Virus record (IMG/VR): IMGVR_UViG_3300047317_000139
Reading direction: 5' to 3' (one strand)
DNA length: 64,000 bases
From: a virus
Taxonomy: Duplodnaviria; Heunggongvirae; Uroviricota; Caudoviricetes
Made by a program: the position numbers and the translations under genes. The notes under the pieces were generated by a model, which worked only from the letters and a program-made list of their open reading frames with translations, did no database searches and had not been told where the DNA came from. Within the stretch, counting starts at the first letter, position 1. Each line of letters starts with the position of its first letter. Positions 9,171 through 15,245 of this stretch are shown piece after piece.

Positions 9171-9366
9171 CAAGAAGGCCATCATCGTGCGGCTACCTGA
9201 GGAGTACGTGACCCTGATCGACATCAGGGCCAAGGAGCGAGGGATCTCTCGGAACGAGTGGTTCACGAGGATGGCCAAGTACGGGCTCTTCGAGAGGGAC
9301 AAGGTCCAACAGCCGTCTGAGAAGCCCACGGCGAAGCGCAAGTTCGTGGTCAACCCCAGCGGATAA
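9157..9366 (+). CDS. ribbon-helix-helix (CopG/Arc-like) DNA-binding protein
   Basis: The segment KKAIIVRLPEEYVTLIDIRAKERGISRNEWFTRM has a beta strand followed by two helices, the typical RHH pattern. The operator array lies directly upstream. Confidence 0.6.
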   Translation: MSDITKKAIIVRLPEEYVTLIDIRAKERGISRNEWFTRMAKYGLFERDKVQQPSEKPTAKRKFVVNPSG

Positions 9367-9375
9367 CCTGAGCAC

Positions 9376-10332
9376 ATGGCCAACCTGCCGAGCTTCCACC
9401 ACATCCACTGCAGCTCCAGGTTCGACCGCTCAGCTGCCTCTCTGGATGCTGACATCACCGACTGGCAGACCAAGAGCTCTCTGATCACCCTCACCGAGGT
9501 GGAGGACGACCATCGGGCCTCACAGCTGCGGGCTCAGGGCTGGGGCTACTACGCCTGCAAGCTGGGCCCGTACGCCGCGGATGGTGCGATCGGCTGGGAC
9601 ACCACGAAGTGGAAGCAGCTGCACGGTGCGGTCAGGAAGCTGAGCAAGCACACCTACATGCGCGCGTACTCCAAGCGAGTCACCTACATCTACTCAGTCA
9701 CTGCAGTACTGAAGCGTGTGGACACCGGCCACAAGCTGCTGGTGAGCGTGGCCCACTTCCCAGCCCACATCGAGGGGCAGAACGGCTGGCGCACCGATCT
9801 GGAGAAGTGGAAGGCCCGCAAGGCCACCTACCTGGATGCGCTGGGTGGCTGGTCGAACCACGTGAACGACCAAGTGCGCAAGCAGCACGTGGACGCAGCC
9901 CTGCTGGTAGCTGACTGGAACCTGAACCTGAAGGAGAACTGGGTCAGGAGCACGATCATGGATCACTGGGGACCGAGCTGGCACCTGGCCTGGCAGGCGT
10001 TCCCGACCTCTGGTGGAAGCATGCACGGCGGGCCTGTAGCGCCTCTGGGAGCGCCTGGGGTGAGCAAGGGCGACCGGATCATCGACGGGAGTCTGTACCA
10101 GGGCCTGAAGGTCGACACGCCACCCAACCTGATGGCACGGGTGAGCAGCTCGGACCATCGCCCGTACCAGGAGCGGTTCACGTTCGCGGACAAGGCCGAG
10201 AACCCGATCACTGCCCCAGCCTCAGGTGACATCAAGCACGGTGATGCGTGGTGGGGCTTCGGGGACTACATGACCGATGAGATCTACCCGACCCCAGCTG
10301 CGACTGGAGACGCCGGCGGCGAGGTGCTGTGA
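9376..10332 (+). CDS. endonuclease/exonuclease/phosphatase (EEP)-family protein, paralogue 2
   Basis: FHHIHCSSRF aligns with VHVMHCSMQF of the 8080 gene. It carries ADWNLN (GDxN-like) and a C-terminal SSSDHRPY (SDHxP-like catalytic His motif). Confidence 0.5.
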   Translation: MANLPSFHHIHCSSRFDRSAASLDADITDWQTKSSLITLTEVEDDHRASQLRAQGWGYYACKLGPYAADGAIGWDTTKWKQLHGAVRKLSKHTYMRAYSKRVTYIYSVTAVLKRVDTGHKLLVSVAHFPAHIEGQNGWRTDLEKWKARKATYLDALGGWSNHVNDQVRKQHVDAALLVADWNLNLKENWVRSTIMDHWGPSWHLAWQAFPTSGGSMHGGPVAPLGAPGVSKGDRIIDGSLYQGLKVDTPPNLMARVSSSDHRPYQERFTFADKAENPITAPASGDIKHGDAWWGFGDYMTDEIYPTPAATGDAGGEVL

Positions 10333-10333
10333 G

Positions 10334-10714
10334 ATGGCCAAGGTCATCACCAGCGTCACGATGGGAGATCGGGCGTTCCGACTCCGTCAGGAGCTGGGCT
10401 GGTCTGGGGACCTGCTGGGTCGGCACATGCGGAACGCAGGTCACTCCCACTGGCAGCACGCTCAGGTGTACATGACCGAGGCAGGCACTCGGCACCTGCG
10501 GGTCTACGAGGCCTACTCGCTGGCAGACATCCTGCGTGTGTCTCTAGATGACCTGGCTTTCGGGATGGAGGGCGATGACATCTCTCTGATGCTGGCCAGC
10601 AAGGCGCGCAAGCTGATGGAGGAGCGGGAAGTGCTGCAAGAGCGTCTGGTGAAGGTGGACAAGCTGCTGCTGGGCTACAGACTGCGCGATCTGCGTAACT
10701 GGGAGGTCTCATGA
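10334..10714 (+). CDS. putative DNA-binding regulator (HTH-like; possibly Cro/CI-type)
   Basis: ATG at 10334 immediately follows the upstream stop. The protein is basic with a helical N-terminal segment and lies in the regulatory region. The table ORF 10277 starts inside the previous gene. Confidence 0.4.
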   Translation: MAKVITSVTMGDRAFRLRQELGWSGDLLGRHMRNAGHSHWQHAQVYMTEAGTRHLRVYEAYSLADILRVSLDDLAFGMEGDDISLMLASKARKLMEEREVLQERLVKVDKLLLGYRLRDLRNWEVS

Positions 10715-10809
10715 AGGACTGGCAGTTGGTCATCCTCGCTGCTGGAGGCGGTGTAGTGACTGCGATCGTGTTCTGCTATCTGCTGTTCAACTGGGTGTTC
10801 GGTCCCTGA
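10711..10809 (+). CDS. small single-TM membrane peptide (32 aa, MKDWQLVILAAGGGVVTAIVFCYLLFNWVFGP)
   Basis: ATGA overlap with the upstream stop and one hydrophobic helix. It is too short for the ORF table, so read directly. Confidence 0.35.
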   Translation: MKDWQLVILAAGGGVVTAIVFCYLLFNWVFGP

Positions 10810-10921
10810 AAGAAACCTGAAGATGGTGTCTGCGGACTATGGCCGACACGCCGAATGACGTGGTACCCCTGATGGGTCAACTGCGGGGGAGATGCCCTCG
10901 TACACGCACGGGGGAGAAACC

Positions 10922-11360
10922 CATGAACTTGCCCATCAAGTCTGCTCTGGCATCGGTAGCGAGTATCGCTGCAGTCGGAGCGTTCGCCATTCCGGCCCAT
11001 GCCGACAGCAACTCCGACTTCATCCACAAGACCGTCACTCGCTCCGCCACGCACCGGATCGCCTACGTGAAGATCACCGTGGAGTGCTCGGATGACACCG
11101 ACTCGGCTGCGCTGTCGGTGCGGCTCACCCAGGTCACGCCTGCCGGCACGGTGCAGCAGGCCACTGGAGCTCAGACCAACATCGGTGGCTTCGAGTGCAC
11201 CGGTGACCCGGAGTCGGTGACCGTGGCCGTGCGTCGTCCGACTGGTGGGTACAACTGGCAGGCCGGAACGGCTGTGGCTGACCACGCCGTGTTCGTCACG
11301 CACGACCCGAGCGGCACCTACTTCTCCTCCGCCTCACGGCGTACGGTGACTGTGAAGTAG
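10922..11360 (+). CDS. Sec-secreted protein (146 aa; signal peptide MNLPIKSALASVASIAAVGAFAIPAHA)
   Basis: The RBS gggggagaaaccc precedes the ATG. There is a clear N-terminal signal peptide with an AHA cleavage motif. The mature part is beta-rich with two Cys. The table ORF 10839 starts too early. Confidence 0.5.
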
Positions 11361-11363
11361 CCC

Positions 11364-11410
11364 CCCGGAACGGGAGGGCTCGTTACCCGAGAGACGGGCC
11401 CTCCTCCGGG
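11364..11410 (+). terminator. imperfect GC-rich hairpin downstream of the secreted-protein gene (terminator-like, no U-tract)
   Basis: Inverted repeats CCCGGA/TCCGGG and GGAGGGC/GCCCTCC enclose a short inner stem. It lies right after the stop at 11360. Confidence 0.25.
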
Positions 11411-11431
11411 AGCTCGGGACGGAGGTGAACC

Positions 11432-11524
11432 ATGAGCAACGATGCATTCCACTGGATCGTGGTGATCTCACTCATCGTGATCATCATCCTGCTGGCCCTT
11501 CCTCTGCGCACCAGGGTCAGATAG
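11432..11524 (+). CDS. small single-TM membrane peptide (30 aa, MSNDAFHWIVVISLIVIIILLALPLRTRVR)
   Basis: A GGAGGTG RBS lies 5 nt upstream. It has a hydrophobic core and a basic C-terminus, and is locally lower in GC. Confidence 0.35.
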   Translation: MSNDAFHWIVVISLIVIIILLALPLRTRVR

Positions 11525-11539
11525 GGGTACGGTCCGCAC

Positions 11540-11971
11540 ATGATCAGAAAGCTCGCGGCCGTCGTCGCCGTACTCGCTGCCATGGGGCTGACCACGCTCG
11601 GCTCCTCCACTGCTGCTCACGCGGACCCGTGTGACCACCACGGACACGGACATCCTCCGTTCTGTCCTGGACCTCCGCCTCCTCCGCCCACCCCGACTCC
11701 TGCTCCGACCTGCCACAAGCTGATCGTGGGCTCGGTCCACAACGATGTGCTGTTCGGCACCCGCTGCAACGACGCCATCTACGGGCGCGCGGGCAACGAC
11801 CGTCTGATCGGACGTCGCGGGAACGACCGCCTCAACGGTGGCCTGGGCAACGACGTCCTGCGCGGTGGCCCTGGGCGTGACGTGCTCAACGGTGGCCGGG
11901 GCAAGGATCTGTGCTTCGGGTCCAACAACGACATCTTCCGGAACTGCGAGAAGGTGTTCGTGCTCGGATGA
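11540..11971 (+). CDS. secreted protein with RTX/hemolysin-type Ca-binding nonapeptide repeats (beta-roll) and a His/Cys/Pro-rich segment
   Basis: The signal peptide is MIRKLAAVVAVLAAMGLTTLGSSTAAHA. There are five consecutive GGxGxDxLx-like repeats (GRAGNDRLI, GRRGNDRLN, GGLGNDVLR, GGPGRDVLN, GGRGKDLCF). An upstream DHHGHGHPPFCPGPPPPPP segment is also present. Confidence 0.55.
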   Translation: MIRKLAAVVAVLAAMGLTTLGSSTAAHADPCDHHGHGHPPFCPGPPPPPPTPTPAPTCHKLIVGSVHNDVLFGTRCNDAIYGRAGNDRLIGRRGNDRLNGGLGNDVLRGGPGRDVLNGGRGKDLCFGSNNDIFRNCEKVFVLG

Positions 11972-12048
11972 GCATCCTCTGGATCCTGGTGATCGTTGTC
12001 CTGGTGTTGGTCCTGGCGGGGTTCTTCAACAGCCGTCGCCGGCGCTAG
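11968..12048 (+). CDS. small single-TM membrane peptide (26 aa, MSILWILVIVVLVLVLAGFFNSRRRR)
   Basis: ATGA overlap with the stop of the RTX gene. It has a hydrophobic helix and a poly-Arg tail. Confidence 0.35.
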   Translation: MSILWILVIVVLVLVLAGFFNSRRRR

Positions 12049-12057
12049 GGTTCACCC

Positions 12058-12498
12058 ATGGCAGCCAAGAAGGTCTCGATCCCGCTGGATGAGCTCACCG
12101 ACCGACAGCTGCTGCTGTACGTCGTCCTACCCAAACTCACCACGATGGAGAACAAGATGTCGGATCTCAGCGCATCCGTAGATGACCTGAAGAACGCTGT
12201 CGACGGGGTGGCCCAGCGCCTGCTCCCGGAGATCGCCGCCCTGGAGGACGCACTCGCTGCGGCTCAGGCAGACGACGCAGACGCAGCGCAGGCAGCTGCG
12301 GATGCAGAGGCTGCGGTGGCCAACATCCGCACCGAGGTGGACCGCCTCAACGCGCTCGGGACTGACCCGAGCACGCCGGTGGACACCGAGACGCCTCCGG
12401 CAGAGCCGCCCCCGGTCGAGGTGCCCGCGGACCCGAACGCTCCGCACCCGGACAACTCGCTGCCCGGTGACCAGCCCGAGATCAACCCGTTGAGCTGA
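12058..12498 (+). CDS. hypothetical coiled-coil / Ala-Asp-rich protein (146 aa)
   Basis: ORF table; central Ala/Asp/Glu-rich helical segment and a Pro-rich C-terminus. Confidence 0.45.
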   Translation: MAAKKVSIPLDELTDRQLLLYVVLPKLTTMENKMSDLSASVDDLKNAVDGVAQRLLPEIAALEDALAAAQADDADAAQAAADAEAAVANIRTEVDRLNALGTDPSTPVDTETPPAEPPPVEVPADPNAPHPDNSLPGDQPEINPLS

Positions 12499-12502
12499 TC
12501 GC

Positions 12503-12985
12503 ATGACCCTGATGGGGGTCGACCTGGGCATCCACAAGGTCGCCTGCTTCGTGCCTGGGGGCCGACCTGATGCTCAGATTCTGGAGAGCAGCGTGGGCTC
12601 CCGCGCGCTGCAGCTGTGTGAGCTGAGCTCGTTCGTGCATGACATGGCCGGCCTCCATCAGGTAGATCAGGTGTGGATCGAGGACACCCTGATCGGGAAC
12701 AACCGCAAGTACTCGATCCAGCTGACAGAGGTCAGGGGAGCTGTGATGGCTGCCCTGGCCCTGCATGCTGACGTTCGTCTGGTGAACGTCGCCACCTGGA
12801 AGTCGCAGGTGCTCGGGGATGGTCATGCCTCGAAAGATGCGGTGAGGGACTACATCCATGTCACTCACCCTGACTATGCTGCGCTCTGTGGGAGCAACCA
12901 GGACCTCTACGACGCCTGCAGCATCTCCCTCTACGGACTCCAGATCAGAGAACGGGCCTCCGGGCTCCGCCTGGTCTCTGGATGA
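12503..12985 (+). CDS. ruvC: RuvC-like Holliday junction resolvase
   Basis: The N-terminal MGVDLGIHKVACFV matches the RuvC GIDPG-like first motif. WIEDTLIGNN and a C-terminal DACSISLYG (DAxxxAL-like) add support. The size is right, and phage RuvC-like resolvases are common. Confidence 0.55.
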   Translation: MTLMGVDLGIHKVACFVPGGRPDAQILESSVGSRALQLCELSSFVHDMAGLHQVDQVWIEDTLIGNNRKYSIQLTEVRGAVMAALALHADVRLVNVATWKSQVLGDGHASKDAVRDYIHVTHPDYAALCGSNQDLYDACSISLYGLQIRERASGLRLVSG

Positions 12986-13010
12986 CTGGCTCGATGAGAC
13001 CGGGCAGCGG

Positions 13011-13472
13011 ATGCCCGACGAAGACTCCGAGCGATGGGTCAGCTACAACATCTCCGACCTCTACCCCGAGTGGCAGCTGCAAGCACACTGCGCCGGCGTA
13101 GGGGTCTCGTACTACTTCGGGGATGAGGAAGAGCAGCCCACCATGTCGATCCGACAGGTGCGAGCTGCAACTAAGCTCTGCGACGTCTGCCCAGTCTTCA
13201 CAGAGTGCCTGACGTGGGCGTTGTCCACGCGCGAGGAGTACGGAGTCTGGGCAGGCACCTCAGGCCGAGTGCGTCGCCGGATCTTCAAGATGATGGACAA
13301 TGGCGAGACCACGGTCCAAGACGTGGTGGAGGAGTTCCGTAATGGACGAGGTCACACCTATCGAATCGGCGAAGCGACGCCCACGAGCTCGGTCAGCCGG
13401 CTTGGCCAAGGAGATCGAGGACAAGGCGCGCGAGGCCTACCAGATGCAGATCGCGGGGAAGCTGCCATCTGA
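13011..13472 (+). CDS. whiB: WhiB-like (Wbl) Fe-S transcription regulator
   Basis: Four Cys in WQLQAHCAG...CDVCPVFTECLTWAL followed by GVWAGTS (GVWGG motif) and a basic GRVRRRI patch. The start is uncertain: 13011 is the first in-frame ATG after the ruvC stop, and the table ORF begins at 12858 inside ruvC. Confidence 0.65.
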   Translation: MPDEDSERWVSYNISDLYPEWQLQAHCAGVGVSYYFGDEEEQPTMSIRQVRAATKLCDVCPVFTECLTWALSTREEYGVWAGTSGRVRRRIFKMMDNGETTVQDVVEEFRNGRGHTYRIGEATPTSSVSRLGQGDRGQGARGLPDADRGEAAI

Positions 13473-13806
13473 GATCGCTGAGCACTTCAACACCACGGTC
13501 GACATCATCGACCAGATGCTCAGCACGCGGTTCAAGCAGGACGCCGACCGACTCACTGGTGAGGACCGGAAGTACCTGCTCGCCCAGGAGCTGATCGCAC
13601 TCTCTCAACTGAAGGCCGCAGTCTGGCCCTCGGCGATGATGGGCGATCCCAAGTCCGTGGACTCCGCGGTCCGGATCATCATGGCTGCGCACAAAGTGGC
13701 TGGTCTGGAGCAGGTCGATCCGGTCGTTCAGAAGAACCTGGTCCTGGTGATGGGGGACAAGGAAGAGGACTACATCGCGGCTCTGAGGGCCACCAACAGC
13801 GACTAG
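13342..13806 (+). CDS. HTH-containing protein (possible terminase small subunit-like or regulator)
   Basis: The helix-turn-helix segment is KLPSEIAEHFNTTVDIIDQML. The protein is basic at the N-terminus and acidic at the C-terminus. Its start (13342 or 13444) overlaps the long C-terminal tail of the WhiB ORF. The function call is speculative. Confidence 0.35.
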   Translation: MDEVTPIESAKRRPRARSAGLAKEIEDKAREAYQMQIAGKLPSEIAEHFNTTVDIIDQMLSTRFKQDADRLTGEDRKYLLAQELIALSQLKAAVWPSAMMGDPKSVDSAVRIIMAAHKVAGLEQVDPVVQKNLVLVMGDKEEDYIAALRATNSD

Positions 13807-13828
13807 CCGAGGCCAGGAGACTGAAGAC

Positions 13829-14224
13829 ATGAGCGCTGCCAACGTCCCGATCGAGATCGACCAGGGCGAGGACTGGACGGGCACGGTCGTCTACACCGAT
13901 GACTTCGACCAGCCCTACAACGTGATCGCTCCGTGCCGGCTGGACATCAAGAACACCACTGGCGCGACCCAGCTCTCACTGTCCACTCCGGACGACGTAG
14001 TGCCTGATGGCACGATCCCGGACATCGGGCTGAGCTCGGAGATCGGGCTCCTGCAGCTGCACATCGAGGACAGTGTGACCGCAGCCCTGATCCCAGGGGT
14101 CTACAAGTACGACCTGTTCGTGACCGTGAACGATGGCAACGAGTACGCCGGGAACCAGGTCCAGCGGATCATCTACGGTTCGGTCACGGTGAACCAGCGC
14201 GTCACTCAGCTAGGGAGTCCGTGA
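13829..14224 (+). CDS. hypothetical virion/fibre-associated protein (131 aa)
   Basis: AGGAG RBS; beta-rich; first gene of the collagen/fibre block. Confidence 0.4.
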   Translation: MSAANVPIEIDQGEDWTGTVVYTDDFDQPYNVIAPCRLDIKNTTGATQLSLSTPDDVVPDGTIPDIGLSSEIGLLQLHIEDSVTAALIPGVYKYDLFVTVNDGNEYAGNQVQRIIYGSVTVNQRVTQLGSP

Positions 14225-14559
14225 TGGAGAGCGCCTGGGGTATCGACCACGGTGAGGTGAGCAAGGGATGGGGTGGAGACGTAGCCAGGAAGACGGCCAA
14301 CGCGGCCACCAAGGCGCGCTTGAAGGCCCCCAAGACTCCTCGCTCGAACGCGAGAAACGACTACTACCAGCGTGGGACGCGGAAGTTCCGGAACCTGACT
14401 GAGCGCAGCCACCGCAACGATGAGACTGGCCAGCACAAGATCTCTCCCATGCGTTCTCGGGCCTTCGCACCGCTGGAGCGGCAGTATCCGGCCTACGGTG
14501 GTCGCACCGGGTCGAACTGGGAGTTCAACGGGAACAAGCGCGTGAGGAAGGCCTTCTGA
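14224..14559 (+). CDS. basic protein carrying the N-terminal MESAWGIDHGEVSK motif (family member 1)
   Basis: ATG at 14224 (or GTG at 14221) overlaps the upstream stop. The protein is very basic and probably disordered. The N-terminal peptide is shared with the proteins at 34933, 40038 and 40340. Confidence 0.5.
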   Translation: MESAWGIDHGEVSKGWGGDVARKTANAATKARLKAPKTPRSNARNDYYQRGTRKFRNLTERSHRNDETGQHKISPMRSRAFAPLERQYPAYGGRTGSNWEFNGNKRVRKAF

Positions 14560-15236
14560 TGGCGAACGTCGTACGGCTGGTCAACGGCGGGTCGATCCAG
14601 GTCCGCACTGGAGTCATCCAGGGAATCGGACCTCAGGGCCCGCGTGGTGTGGCCGGTCCTCAGGGGCCTGATGGTCCGGCTGGTCCGATCGGTGACCCTG
14701 GTCCGCAGGGACAGATCCTGCAGCTCCAGGGGATGAGCTCGGTGTCGTCGAACAACCCACTGTCTGCAGGCGCGGACACGGTGCTGGCCTTCGGCTCGGT
14801 GAGCTACGACGACCTGTCCGCTTTCACCTCCACCTCCAACATCACCCTGACCGCTGCTGGGGACTACCTGCTGTCGACCTGGGTGCGCTTCGACGCAGCC
14901 ACGGCCACCAAGCGCGAGGTGTGGTTCCAGACCGGCGGCTCGACCATCGCCCGGAAGTCGGTGATGGCTGACACCGGGATCTTCTACGTGGACCTGGCGA
15001 TGCCGTTCCGAGCTGCTGGTGGGGAAGTGGTCAATGTGCACGCACTCTCCGCCGTGGCCACGGGCATCTCCATGGGCTCGGTCTCGGTGACCCGTGTTGG
15101 GTCTGGGCCACCGGGACCACAGGGGCCTGTTGGACCTCAGGGACCGATCGGCGCGACTGGCGCTGCTGGTCCGACTGGTCCTGCGGGCACGGCGAACGCC
15201 GGGTTCACCTCGTACGCCCTGCTGCTTCCCCACTAG
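14559..15236 (+). CDS. collagen-like repeat protein (Gly-X-Y tracts at both ends, globular middle)
   Basis: GPQGPRGVAGPQGPDGPAGPIGDPGPQGQ at the N-terminus and GPPGPQGPVGPQGPIGATGAAGPTGPAG at the C-terminus. Confidence 0.6.
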   Translation: MANVVRLVNGGSIQVRTGVIQGIGPQGPRGVAGPQGPDGPAGPIGDPGPQGQILQLQGMSSVSSNNPLSAGADTVLAFGSVSYDDLSAFTSTSNITLTAAGDYLLSTWVRFDAATATKREVWFQTGGSTIARKSVMADTGIFYVDLAMPFRAAGGEVVNVHALSAVATGISMGSVSVTRVGSGPPGPQGPVGPQGPIGATGAAGPTGPAGTANAGFTSYALLLPH

Positions 15237-15245
15237 CATCAGCGC

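Noticed and set aside
10839-11360. Upstream extension of the secreted-protein ORF (table start 10839, MADTPNDVVPLMGQLRGRCPRTRTGEKP...)
   Set aside because: The extension has no RBS and odd composition. The internal ATG at 10922 has a good RBS and begins a textbook signal peptide, so the shorter form is preferred.
13342-13806. Calling this gene terminase small subunit outright
   Set aside because: The HTH and charge distribution are compatible, but the gene is 11 kb from terminase large subunit and no oligomerisation or typical TerS signature is evident. It is kept as a low-confidence possibility only.
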